Source: Chara braunii
Lineage: Eukaryota > Plantae > Charophyceae
Length of the DNA: 64,000 bases
Assembly: GCA_003427395.1 (NCBI GenBank)
Contig: BFEA01000033.1
Span: 1,065,233-1,129,232, forward strand
Reading direction: 5' to 3'
The first letter of the stretch is position 1; every line of letters starts with the position of its first letter. This document shows positions 25,470-38,708 of this stretch, piece by piece. Both the position numbers and the translations under genes were made by a program. A model generated the notes under the pieces. That model saw only the letters and a program-made list of their open reading frames with translations, was not told the origin of the DNA and ran no database searches.

Positions 25470-28253
25470 TCTAGTCACTGTTCATATCCCCCACCCCCCC
25501 TGGATGACCAATCGCCGAAATGGAAGGTAAGGCCGGATTCTGACTGCTAAGGCCTAGCACAGTCCTGGCCTGAAGTCTGCTTTTTTGGGGGGATCCTTGC
25601 CTCTTTCCTGACCCGTCTGGTTTTGCCGGGCAACCCCCCCTCTGCCCAACTGGCCTGGGCATGCCTGTCAGGCTGGGGCGACGGGCCAGCATAGCTAACA
25701 ACCACATAAACCTCAAAACATAACCAAAAGCACCATCCACACGGCCTGAAAAGCCTAACAAACCATAAAAGAAAGACTGACTCAGCCACACACTCTGCCT
25801 ATCTACAGTCTGAGTAGAAGGTACCGTGCCCTCTCTCAGCCCATTACCCCTACTTATCCCACCATTCTGAGAAGACTAACCTACCCTCCCCTGACACTCT
25901 AACCACCCCTTCCCTCTGACACTAAGTTGATCTGAACCAGCTCAGACCTCTCCTGCTCTTGCCCCATTGGGCCTTCCATCTCCAATCCGCTTGGATTTCC
26001 TCTTTTAACAACTTCTTGAACAATCTCTCTGCCTGGGTCTCTGGTAGGCCTTGGCCTTGGAACCGCCGGTCATTGCCATCAGCCCTTTTCACGCAGAGCA
26101 TCACAGCCCTGCACGCTTGCGCAGCGTATCCCCATCCACTGTCTGCTGCCAAACCTTCTGGTAGTGTTCCTAGCAACACCCATCGTTCCCCGGCAAAATC
26201 CTCTCTTCAGGACCCAAATTTCCAGTGGGCAAACCACTAGTCCATCCATCTCCTGGATTTGGGATATGCCCACCACAAGTGATGCAAGGTTTCAAATATC
26301 CAGCTGCAACAATCGCAGGCTTCCTTAATTGTCATGCCCTTCTTGTGCAGCCACCTGGCTACGGGAATAGTCTGATGTGACTGTAGCCAGAGCAAGGAGG
26401 CGAACTTCTGGGATGGGATCTTGGCTAGTTGCTCCCACAGGCATTGCAGTTCCTTCTGGCTGGGGGGCTCCAAGTGTGGGAACGTCTTCTGCCAGTCCCT
26501 TGGCGATTACTTCCTCCTTCCTCCGCTGTTTCTTCTGCATTGCTCCCTCTTGGTTCGCCAGGTCCCAGACAACTCCTGAATCCGTGCTCCAGCCCCATCT
26601 TGTTTGATCCACTCCCATCTCGTCACATGACATGCCCCCTGCTACTAGCTTCCCAGATCTGGGTGGCAAAACTTCACCCGGCTCAGTTGGCAGGATTCTA
26701 TTTGAGTTAGCTGTCCCATAATTTGTGGCCATACCTGCCTTCTTCAGATGTGGAAGTCCGACTATCATTCTTTCATGCATGGACAGCGTACACTTGCCTA
26801 GGACTGTATTGTTCCATCCTTCCAATCTCAAGAATTCTGTAGCTGTCCCTTCCTGCCTTCTGAACCAAGTACCGACAGCTGGCACATAATCGGGGCTTAC
26901 CATCTGCAACCGATCAGGTGGGACTGCGTTAATGAGGCACTTCATTCGCTCTTCCTGATGAGGAAGCATGCCCAGCTTTTCTTTAAGCTCGTCTGGCTTT
27001 CTCCACTGGCGAGTGATTTCATCCCACAAATCCCCCAGGGTGGAAACTCCACGCTGGATCCACTTGATCCCAAAGGAGCCTGGGGACGTTGAAGCACTGA
27101 ATGGAACTCCGGTAGCGGTGAGCAGCAAAGGGTTTTCAAACAAGTGTTGCTTCAGCACCTCACCTCTTGAGTTTTGAACGTCCGTTTATCAGGTTTGCAG
27201 TTTTGCCATGCGGACAAAATATCGCGCCAAAATTTAGATGTGATGAAATTTGCTCCTCTTATTTAGGAACACCTAGATCATTACTTCCACCCACACATCC
27301 TTTGACCGTGCCAAACCCCATTGTTGGCATAACAGCTTATCCGCCAGAAGACACCAATCTCTTCGGAGCTCTGTAGTAGCTACCTTAACTATCCAAATGG
27401 ACAGTAGCTTGACATTCTGCAACTCCGAATCCAGTAGACCTAAGTCACCCTTGTTTCTCGGTGCACATAGTGTATCCCACGCCACTTTCGAGATAGAACC
27501 TTTATCTTCGTCGGAGTTTGGCTTCTCGATGAATCTTCACGCGAAAGCCTTCACCCCCTTCACCAGCAGCTTGGATAACTTTCGCACCTTGGCCACGAAC
27601 CACAAGATAGAGAATGCAGCCACTGTCACTGCAAGAACCCTCCCTATTAAGGACAGGTGGGGGCTGCACCCCAGCTGCAAATGTGTTTCTATACTTAATT
27701 CCTGCATAATCGCAAACTGAGCTTTTGTGCAGTCCCCCAGAGCCAGCTGGACACCCAAATACAGCTCCGCTTCAACCCCTTGCGCTTCGCGCATCCCCCA
27801 TTCCATAGAAAGCTGATAGTCTGGTGGCAGAAAGTTAATGGATTTACTCCAATTTACTTCTGCCTCTGACAGCTCCGCATACCTCGTTAGACATTGCTTC
27901 AGTGCTTGCAGCGAAACGGGTCTGTTAGCTAACAGGGCCAGCAGATTGTCCGCTAATGCCTTGACGCGACCCTCCTTCCCATGTCGGAGTCTTAACCCTT
28001 GCAAAAGAGGATGCGAACGGATATCATTCAGCAATACCTCCAGTTGGAGCACGAGCAGGAGGGGTGCCAAAGGACAGCCTTGTCGCAGTGATCTGGACAG
28101 CTTGAAGGCCTCTGAGTGGTATCCATTTACCTGAACCGCTGCTGTTGAGAAGAAGTACATTGCTTTAACTCCATTGCAGAAGGCATCATCAGTCCCATGG
28201 ATTCAATTGCAGTAGCCAGGTTTTTGAAGATGGACCTCCCTTTTACTCTCCTC

Positions 28254-28319
<66 letters not shown>

Positions 28320-28342
28320 NNNNNNNNNNNNNNNNNNNNNNN

Positions 28343-28436
<94 letters not shown>

Positions 28437-30365
28437 AGGATAAGGATTGACGCTCCTCATGGACTTCGGATGAGAAAAATGGTTGATGGGATGGATTCAT
28501 TTTGAGACACCCAAAGAGAGAGAGACAAAAGCTCCCCGATCCATCCCTACTAACCCCGACAGGAATTTCCCCAATCTGTTTGCTAGCGCTTTGGCTAGTA
28601 GCTTGTAGGAGAAATTCAACAGCAAGATAGGCCTCCAGTTCCTAATCTTGCTTCTGCTCCCTTTCTTCAAGTTTCTTGTACAACAGAGTGATGATGATGC
28701 CCCTTGTCATGGTCTCCCCCAATCTTCCACCCTGGAGCACTTTATTCAACATCAAAATGAGGTTGTTTGCCAGAGTATCCCAGCATACCTTGTAGAATTC
28801 CATCGGGAGGCTGTCATCACCTGGTGCCTTCCCTTTAGCCACCGTGCCCAATGTCGCCTTCAGCTCCTCCGCCATAAAAGGTCTGTCTAATTCCTGCCTG
28901 GCTCCTTTTGTCAGTGCCACTCCCAAGGAAGCCCATAGATCTGAGTATGCAGACAAATCTGAGTTCGGATCTTCGAACTGGGAACGAGAGGTCATTATGT
29001 CTCTGAAATAAGCTGCTGCGTAAGTGCACATACTGGCGTTTTCAGTTGTTGGTGGTAAGCTGCTGAGATGAGGATGAACAAGCTCTTTCATCTGCATATT
29101 GGCGTTTTCAGTTGTTGGTGGTAAGCTGCTGAGATGAGGATGAACAAACTCTTTCATCTGGACTGCCCTCCTTTTCGGGAGCAGTCTTTGAAAGGTCTCT
29201 TTCGTCACCCGGTCGTCTGTAACAATCTTCTTGTCTGTTTATTACTCTGTAGTACCTCCCAATCATGTTGCCTCAGTGCACTTCAACTTCTGAGATTGGG
29301 TGGCCCACCATACGTGCTTCAGCCTCCTCTACCTCCTGCTATTTCGTTGTTCCTGAGATAGTAGGCAATTGATGAAAACACCTCCATTTTACTCGAGATG
29401 ATTTTATTTTATTTTTATTTTATTTTTTTCGCGCAGGGGTCATGCTAATCTTCTTTGTATTGTTCCAATTTTAACGAATGTCCCGGACCCGAAGGACAGC
29501 TTGAGACGATTCTAGTTCCCGCATCTACCCAATCCGCTCTGTTCCCCAAGGTGTCCCTTGATCCTTCCCAATCCATCCAAAAGTTCTGCACCCAGTCCGT
29601 GATTCACTTGTCCTCTAATAAGTGCTCTTATCTCTGCTGACTGAATTGACATCACCACGGGCTTGTGATCCTACAGCACCTCGCTGTGCTCTGAAACCGA
29701 TTGAACACTACCCGCCAGTGGATCTGAGACTAGGAAAACATCCAGTCTTCTTCGAACGTGAGCCATTTGAAGAGCAGTCCTCAACCGTGTAAAACCCGGA
29801 GAGACTGGATTAATTTCCCTGTAAGCATCGTGCAGACCCCAATGTTCCGCCCAGAGCAACAATGTTCTCCCATCCGGGATCCCTCTTCATCCTCTCTTCC
29901 TTTTCTGAATCTCATCCCGGACTACTGACCATATTCCAGTCTCCACTCACAATTAGATGATCCGTCTTAGGCAGCTTTTGAGATAACATTTCAATGAATC
30001 CAATTCTGTCCAGCTGGTCATTAGGAGCATAGACTGAGGCAATGACCCAGTCCTCATTAGAGTCATTACCAATACTCAGTTTGATCCAGCTCCAGCAACC
30101 CCAATGGTCATTATCACAGTCCACCAAATCAACGTCCAACAGATTGTGAATAAGCACTGCCACCCCCCCTCTACTACCTTGCGCTGGAGACCAAATTTGA
30201 GGCCCTACCCACCAATCTTTCAACTGGCCTAGTTTAATTTCCGAGAGCTTGGTTTCCTGTATGAGTACAATATATATTCCCTGTTCATGCACCCACGTCT
30301 GTTTACCTCCTGAGTCTCCCAAGCCCTGCACGTTCCATCTCACCAGTTTAATTTTCTGCCCATGA
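25470..30365 (-). mobile_element. Decayed L1/Tx1-type LINE ORF2 (APE endonuclease, RT, C-terminal Zn finger) with 3' UTR
   Basis: WNVQGL, IQETK, GGVAVL, SVYAPN, GDWN, RLDVFL and DHKP endonuclease motifs; KAPGDD, NWRPI, LRQGCPLAP and LADN RT motifs; CDCC...ETLHHLWW; many stops; interrupted by microsatellite and gap at 28240-28530; in-frame 66-bp duplication at ~29035-29160. Confidence 0.93.
28320..28342. other. Assembly gap within (CT)n
   Basis: N run. Confidence 1.
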
Positions 30366-31029
30366 CCGCCTGTTACATGGGCTGTAGTTTGGATCTGCCC
30401 TGGGTTGGTCAGGTACAATCTGCCAAGCGGCCGCTCAGGACTTCTGCGAAATACGCAGAGGTAAGATTCCGTCTCTTTTGAAGCTCGCCATTCGATTGAC
30501 TCAAGAAGCTTGCATTCAGCCCTGGCTCTATTTATATCCTCTCCAAAATTCCGCTTGCAGGTCAGACATGAACAAGCACAAGGGAATACCCACCATTCCA
30601 ACAGAGGCTATGTTATACCAAAGTTCTGTGGGAATCTTAGCATCTATTAGCGGAATATTGCAGCGAGCCTTACCCCCTTTGGAAGATCAACCAAAAGGCA
30701 AGCTGGGGGATCGTCGGGAAACATTCTGAAAATAAAGCGCTCAGAATAGAGTTGACTTCCCTTCATAACTACAAACTGCTGTGTGGGAAGATCAACCACA
30801 TGGCAGGCAGGAATAAAAAATACTTATTGTCTGGTGCACGTAAGCCCAGGATGAAGATCTCCTGCCCTTGTAACGTGCAAACGAACGGCAACAGCAGGTT
30901 GTCTTCCATTTGCAAATCGCCTCGTGCTCTCGACACCCCCCCTTCGTTGCTTTTCTGCCTGTGACAACTTTGTTGTTGCCCTTTTTTTTTCCCTTTTCTC
31001 TTTCCCTTTTTTTTAATCTTTTTGTGTGA

Positions 31030-31099
<70 letters not shown>

Positions 31100-31352
31100 A
31101 TCAAGGTTGCTGTTCCTCTGTTTGTCCCAGGTTTATTGCCATGATCCTGTTTGTACTGCGTAGCGACCTTGTGTGTACCACCATCTTTGGTGTTTTTCCG
31201 TTTCACCAACTTTGTTGTTTTTCAGTTTTTGCCAGCTTTGTTGTTCTTCTGTTTGCGCCAAATGTTTGGTATCGTTATTGTTTTAGTAACTTTTTACCAA
31301 CTTCGTTGTTTTCTGTTGGCAACGACTTGTTGTTTGATTGGATGATGAGCAG

Positions 31353-31683
31353 ACAGGAGAGCGCCGCACACTGAGCTAGTCGACTTCCGTACAGTGAGTG
31401 CGGCAGCATCCACGGTGACAATCGAGTTCTCTAACGCCCTTAAACCTGCACTAGGCTTCCGCATTACTGACTCAAGGGACCCCGAGACAACGGAAATCCA
31501 GCTCTGCCCCGATGCCCCAATGCCCACATCAAAGTGCCAAATGACCGAGGCCATGACAAGTCTTGTTCCAGGACGGTACACATATACTGTTGCTGCATTC
31601 GACTACCTCGGCAACGCCGATCCAGAGCCGTTGGTTCTCCGTTGGACGGTGGATCCGATAGACACGATCATTACCACCAAATT
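31353..31683 (+). CDS. Internal exon B of the Ig-like repeat protein gene
   Basis: gagcAG acceptor after a T-rich tract, phase 1 giving WTV-D-RRAPHTEL; LVPGRYTYTVAAFDYLGNADPEPLVLRWTVD; TT/GTAAGC donor, phase 2. Confidence 0.85.
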
Positions 31684-31759
31684 GTAAGCGGTTCATGTCA
31701 TGTCCGTGAAGGATCAAATGGAAAAATGGAATGGACTGGATAAGCCGGAACCCGATTGA

Positions 31760-32520
31760 AGTGATGGATTTGGTTTATTAATATGATGTCAGTGGATTTG
31801 ATTGAATGATTGGATGGTTGATTTATGTACTGATAGATGGATTGATTGGCTGATTGGCTGGTTGGGTGATTGGCTGGTTGGCTGGTTGGCTGCTTGCTTG
31901 CTTGCACGTTGGATGGACTGGATTCGATTTTATTGGGTTTTAGATGACGGACTGACCGACTGATCAATCGATCGATTAATTTGATTTGATTGACTGATCG
32001 GATTCCAAAATTTTTCTCTTTATTGATTGATCGATTGACTGATTTGACTGATTTGATGGATTTGATTGATTTGACTGAATTGATCGATTGAGTTGTTTGA
32101 TTGAATTAACTGATTGATTGGAACTTTCTTTTTGTTGAAACGCCCGCAATAACATAACAGATAGGCATGATGATATGAGCACACACTCCTACCTGAACTG
32201 GTTGATGATTGAGTTGATTGAATTAATTGAATTGGTTGAATTGATTACATTGATTGAATTGATTTGACTGATTGAATTGATTTGACTGATTGAATTTGAT
32301 TGAATGAGTTTGATAGAACTGAATGAGTTCGATAAATAATGAATTCGATCTATGGAATGAATCTGATAGATTGGATTGATTCATTTGGTTGGGTTGGATG
32401 GACTCTGTCGGATTGCGTTTAGATTGGACTGGATTGAACCGGGCTGGACAGGCCCGGACTCGACTGAATGACATTGAATTCGCTTGACTCGATTGATTCG
32501 TTAGTTGATTGATGAATGTA
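31760..32520. repeat. Degenerate (GATT)n/(GAATT)n simple repeat in the intron
   Basis: Visible periodic gatt/gattt/gaatt units. Confidence 0.85.
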
Positions 32521-32727
32521 AGCGTGCATGCTCCCGCCCTCTGGCTTTGCCCTCGAGATTTCAATTTAGCAAGATTTGGGGCATTTCGTCTATTAAACTG
32601 GAGCTTTGGTCCAAACATATCTCTCCAATTCTCCTTGCATGACGACCTCTCTTTTTCTCCCATGTGGCTCACATATTGTGGGCATGCCAACACTCATTTT
32701 GCTGACTTGGTCTGTTGTAATCCCCCC

Positions 32728-32760
<33 letters not shown>

Positions 32761-32854
32761 TTCTCTCTCGCTCGCTCACACACACACACACACACACAGA
32801 GACTGTTTTTTTTTCTGAAACTGACTGGAAGGTGCTTTCCTGCATTGTTTACAG

Positions 32855-33908
32855 GAATGGGAACAGGGTGAATGTTTCTGTGCGGGCCATGCGGGATAGA
32901 CCTGTCAGGTTCTCATTTCAGACCAAGCTAGACGGCGGCGCATGGCAGCAAGGGCACAATCCCAACTTTGTGATAAGAGCATCTGAGGGCCGGCATGTCC
33001 TCCAGGTGCGCGCCGTGGGGTTAGATGATAACCTGCCTGATCCAACGCCAGCCGTCTTCTCCTTCACTGTGGACCTCAACGATAAGGAAGAGGAGGAGGT
33101 TGGTCCTCCTTCTCCCATTGTTAACAATACTGGTCCGATCTTTGTATTCAATTCCACCCAGCCTACATCCATGCAGACGTACCGGACAGACGACGGCACC
33201 TACCTCGCCCAGGGCGACCACAGGATCAAAGTGGGCTACATGTCAACGGGCCCGAACTCATTTTCCATCCGAGTTTCAAACAAAGCCCGATCTTCCTCTG
33301 AGAACCCACCACTCAATCACTCCTACATCATCAATCTCGCACCCGGTCCATTAGATGAACCTATGAAAACTGGATTGTCCAGTCCCTACCTGAACTCTGG
33401 AGCGATGCTCCTCCTCGACGCCGCCCAAGACGGCGTCACCTACGAGTACCGACTGGGCAAGCGCCCACCTGTCTGGGATGCTGTGACCGGGAATCTGCTG
33501 TCGCTACCTGACATGGTAGAGGAAGGTATATACATCTTGGACGTCGAAGCTGGTGACACGAATTCCGACGGTACGCTCGACCTCCAGCCGGCTGATTTTG
33601 TCTCTAAGGTCTTCTCTGAAGATGGCCTGTGGCCACCTTATTGCCCACACTGTGACATCGGGGATGCTAGCAGCGAGGAGGATAAGTCTGAGACCGATCA
33701 AGGTTCTGATGCAGGTGCAGGTGCAGATTCAGATGCAGGTCCTGTTCTTGGAACAGCAGTGCCGCTGCCGCCGCCGCCACTATCATCCGGAGCGGAGGGG
33801 AACGCAGGCGACAGTGACGGCGGCCAGACGTTAGCCCCTGTGTTGCTAACACCGCCCCGTGAAGATGTAGATAGCATTAGGTTCAAGTTGGGTGGGCTGC
33901 ACAGATAA
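32855..33908 (+). CDS. Exon C (apparently terminal) of the Ig-like repeat protein gene
   Basis: ttacAG acceptor, phase 2 (TT|G = Leu); FQTKLDGGAW..EGRHVLQVRAVG...DPTPAVFSFTVD, two further repeats, then a CPHC motif and an acidic/Pro-rich tail; TAA at 33906-33908. Confidence 0.82.
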
Positions 33909-35397
33909 CGATGATGATGATGATGATGTAAGAGGATGGGCAGTCAATCCCCGTGTAAGTTGGAACAGGGTAGTCAATGCTGCCCGGTCCGCCCTCTTAT
34001 GTTCTGGTCTCTACGTAAGAGGGATGCTGGACCCGGTTTTCAGCAGGTGCACCCTCCCCTGACCTACAGGTTGGAGCCATCACAAACGGGGTGGTGCCCT
34101 ACTAGTGGTTATTGCTCTTACCACCGCGAAGAGTGCGACACCTGTAATGATGTTGAATAACAACAAGAAGGAAAAAGAAAAGAGACGCTGTAGCAGCTTC
34201 TTCGAGGATCATCTCGTTAGAGCATGGCCACATTGTGCAGTGAGCATAGTCACACTAGGACTTTTCGGACTCGGGTCTGCATGTTATTACGGTCAGATAC
34301 ATCCAGGTCAAGGCGGAACTCCAGTCAGATACGTCCAGGAAGGCCCTGGTGTGAGTATGCCCAAAATTTGTGAACTGCTTTTGCGCGATTAAAATAATAT
34401 CAAGGCTACCAGTAGGTCCACTGTGAGAAAGACAAAAAGTCCTTACCCATGTAGGGAACTGGATAGGTGGACATCCACACCTACTGACAGTCAAAGTTGC
34501 ACACAACAGCCGTCTGCAATATGCTAGAGTATGCCTCCTACACGTGGTTCGCGGAGGGTATACTCTCTCCAAGACTTTCCTGGATATGTCTCATGGCAAT
34601 TACAGCAGGGGCCGGGACGGATCCGACCGCTATTCCGTCCAGAGATGAGTTGAAGAGTCCATTGCAACTGTGAGTATATGCCCTGAGAACTATTCATCAG
34701 TGCAGCGGCTATTAGATAAATGGGGCAACTACGTTGATGTCACCTTTGAGTTCCTGAAGTGCAAGAAAGCCCCCGGCCTGCGGACTTCGAAAATGCGATG
34801 AAAGTACTGAGGCAGTGGTGCCAGGCCGGGTGTCATAACTACAGGGCTAGGCCGTGGTGGCCCAACGGATCCTTTTCAACCAAATTGAGTTTTGGAACTC
34901 GGCGGCTGTTTTAAAGGAGGGGGCGTGCTTTTTCTGCCTTTGCGAACTCAAAACCTGCTGTGTCCGTACTTGGTTCTAGATAAATAAATAGCACTGGTCC
35001 CAGGCTTGGAACCTCTCCTCCTGTTTTGTCCCGGCTTACCACACGGCCCATCCACATCATAGGCCAGGGCCAAGTCATGGACCAGGACCTGGATCATGGA
35101 CCAGGATCTGTATCACGCATCAATGGTAGCTAGAAATAACACGCCTTATGCATGCTGGCCCTGAGTGGAAGAATAGGCAACAAGTCAACTTAGTCAACTG
35201 ATTGGTCAACTGATTCCACAGCCTTTCAGTGGACCGAGGTAGGTGAATGTTCAATGGTGCGCAACGGGTATTATCTATCAGCAAGTTGAGGCTTCAAACC
35301 CCCGTACGAATCCATAGGATATGCCTGTTTTCTGAAGGAAAACAACACCTGAGGAGGGGGGAGGACAAGGGGAGAAGAGCAGGAAAGGGGCCAAAGA

Positions 35398-35533
<136 letters not shown>

Positions 35534-36277
35534 AGGAACATGTGCTCTCATACAGAGGGAGAAAGTGAGAGGAATATTATAGATGGACGAACTGTTCCTT
35601 GATTTGATTTTTCTGTAATTACATCGGAGGCAGAAGGTTAATAACTCAAGAGGGATGGAGTGGCCGCGGATTCCGCAATCATAATTTTGATGGACTTTTC
35701 ATTTCTTTCCTTATTTTTTTCCCTTCCTTTATAAAGGGAAAGAGAACGATTAATGTTAAGATGATTGGGCCTCCTACTCTGGGAAGGAGCACCCGGGTTC
35801 GCCTCCAGGTGCTCTTTTTTTTTTTGGGAAGGAGGAGGGCAAGCTCACGTTTTTGTTTCAAATTTCAACCTTTGCTGAGTTGCTCTCATCCCTGTCTTTT
35901 TCCTTTTCGTGAAAAGAGGAAATCACCCCTTTTTCAACCTCCTATCTATCCGAGTGTGTGTTTTCTTCTGGCAGCTCTTCTAATGAAAGGTCCCTGCAAC
36001 TTCCTTTTCCATGCAGATAGTATAGATGTCTCTTTCTCCCTTCACTGCCCCCTCCCCCCAGGGTCCCCATCCAAAACAAAGTAACGAACCCGTCCATTTT
36101 GCCATTGGAGCTCATTTTCAATTTTACATTTGGATTTTTCCACGCATCATACATTATCAATGCAATGGCCTGCACAGAATCAGTCTTAGATTTATGCTGT
36201 TTTCTGAGTATTGCTGCTTACTGGTCTGATTATCTGATATGCTGAGATTTCCGTGTTTTGTGAGAGTGTGCATGAGT

Positions 36278-36318
<41 letters not shown>

Positions 36319-36499
36319 ACAGTGTGTGTGTGTGTGTGGTGAGATGAGTCTACTGCACCTTGCGATGCAGCGAACCACGTTTATATAAGACATATAAGAC
36401 ACAACATAAATAATGCCAATAACACAGACATCACAGCATCGAACGAATCACACCATGATCCAAGCGAATATTCCATTCGACTGGGTATGCACGACCTCA

Positions 36500-37747
36500 C
36501 TGACTTCCCTAAAAGGACACAACGACTAGAGCTCGAGGGCACTGAGCCTTAAGCTGAAACAAACAATACGCAGCACCTAGGGGAAGGCAGAAAAAGGACA
36601 GCGAGGAAAAAAGGCATGCGGCATCAACAAAGGGCGAAGGCTGGAGGGCAAGGGGGAGGCCGGTGGGCGGAGAGACAACATGCCGCACAACAAACAGCAC
36701 AAGGCAGCAAAGCATATAGGCTGGAGGGCATGGGGGTGGCGGGTGGGCAGGCAAACGGCACACAGCAACAAAGCACACTAGGTGAAAAGCATGGGGTAGA
36801 CGGATGGGCAAGCAAACAGCGCAAGGCAGCGAGGGAAACAACAGCAACACAAACAACGACAATGCAAAAACAACCCCCGAAAAAAATACAAGTATAAACA
36901 AGACAAAGACTGAAAAAAAAAAATAATAATAAATAATAAATTATAATAAATAGATGATGAAAGATTGTTTCGTTGGAGTTGCACCGACTCAGCAGGAGGC
37001 TGAACCCCTAAACAATCTGCGGAATCCCCGTATTTGATGGTTTGGGTCATGAACCCTTTGACCCTTGTTGAAGGCAGACTGTCCCCAAGCGGAACATAGC
37101 AGCGGGCAGCAACCCTGCGGAGCACCAGGCAGCGCAGTAGAGGCAACACGGCTGCACAACGCCAAAAACGACTGCAAGGAACGACACGGCACGCCAAACT
37201 CGCAGCAGGGCACCCAAGCAGTGAAGCACCAGGCAACACTACCAAGACAACCACACTGCAAGGGACAAGAGGGCAAGCGGACCAGCAGCAGAGCGACCAT
37301 GCTGAGAGGCACAAGGCAACCCCAACACGGCAACCAAACTACAGTGCGCTCAAGCAAAGGACCCGGAAGGCACGACCAGCGGGCGGGCGGCAAGGCAGCG
37401 AAGCAGCGAAGCGCAAGGCAACACCACAACCCGGCCGCACCACACAGCGAAGACAGCAGCATGCCAAGAACGACCTGCGAGGCAAGCGGAGCGGGCAGCA
37501 AGGCAGTGGTGGAGCGCAGACGGGGTCGTCCACGCATCCAACACGGAGCAAAGCAGCACATCACCTACTCACATCACGGGTGAACCCCACAGACTGTTGG
37601 TTCCCACCACCCACTGAGCCAGGGAGACACTCCACCGAGCATCCGTCATCACCTACAGGCAACACAGACATCCCGAACCGAGCGGCCCCCCTAAGAGTGC
37701 AGTTGGCACTCCAAACGAGGAGCCACCGACTGTTTGGCACTACCTAA
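36500..37747 (-). mobile_element. Non-coding dispersed repeat carrying a type III hammerhead, copy 1
   Basis: Collinear with 40330-41463 (clear from ~36950 to 37747); strong C/A strand bias; right end runs into a gap. Confidence 0.75.
36962..37018 (-). ncRNA. Type III hammerhead ribozyme with a core mutation
   Basis: AGAUUG-U-U-UAGG-GGUUCAG-CCUC-CUGCUGA-GUCGG-UGCAACU-CCAAC-GAAA-CAAUCU; A6 to C and one stem II mismatch. Confidence 0.85.
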
Positions 37748-38512
37748 NNNNNNNNNNNNNNNNNNNNNNNNNNNNNNNNNNNNNNNNNNNNNNNNNNNNN
37801 NNNNNNNNNNNNNNNNNNNNNNNNNNNNNNNNNNNNNNNNNNNNNNNNNNNNNNNNNNNNNNNNNNNNNNNNNNNNNNNNNNNNNNNNNNNNNNNNNNNN
37901 NNNNNNNNNNNNNNNNNNNNNNNNNNNNNNNNNNNNNNNNNNNNNNNNNNNNNNNNNNNNNNNNNNNNNNNNNNNNNNNNNNNNNNNNNNNNNNNNNNNN
38001 NNNNNNNNNNNNNNNNNNNNNNNNNNNNNNNNNNNNNNNNNNNNNNNNNNNNNNNNNNNNNNNNNNNNNNNNNNNNNNNNNNNNNNNNNNNNNNNNNNNN
38101 NNNNNNNNNNNNNNNNNNNNNNNNNNNNNNNNNNNNNNNNNNNNNNNNNNNNNNNNNNNNNNNNNNNNNNNNNNNNNNNNNNNNNNNNNNNNNNNNNNNN
38201 NNNNNNNNNNNNNNNNNNNNNNNNNNNNNNNNNNNNNNNNNNNNNNNNNNNNNNNNNNNNNNNNNNNNNNNNNNNNNNNNNNNNNNNNNNNNNNNNNNNN
38301 NNNNNNNNNNNNNNNNNNNNNNNNNNNNNNNNNNNNNNNNNNNNNNNNNNNNNNNNNNNNNNNNNNNNNNNNNNNNNNNNNNNNNNNNNNNNNNNNNNNN
38401 NNNNNNNNNNNNNNNNNNNNNNNNNNNNNNNNNNNNNNNNNNNNNNNNNNNNNNNNNNNNNNNNNNNNNNNNNNNNNNNNNNNNNNNNNNNNNNNNNNNN
38501 NNNNNNNNNNNN
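37748..38512. other. Assembly gap
   Basis: N run. Confidence 1.
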
Positions 38513-38607
<95 letters not shown>

Positions 38608-38638
38608 CACCGTATTTTGTCTGCACTAGAGGGGGAAT

Positions 38639-38708
38639 ATAGCTTGTATACATTCGTTATGAGGGTGGGTCTCTCAACCCACCCAGATGATGAATGTATA
38701 CAAACTAT
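38639..38708. other. 70-nt imperfect hairpin (32-bp stem, 6-nt loop)
   Basis: atagcttgtatacattcgttatgagggtgggt-ctctca-acccacccagatgatgaatgtatacaaactat. Confidence 0.75.

Noticed and set aside
36509-37583. Cys/Leu-rich and Gln/Ala-rich ORFs in the hammerhead repeat (also 40328-41391)
   Set aside because: They result from strand compositional bias, and frames are not consistently preserved between the two copies
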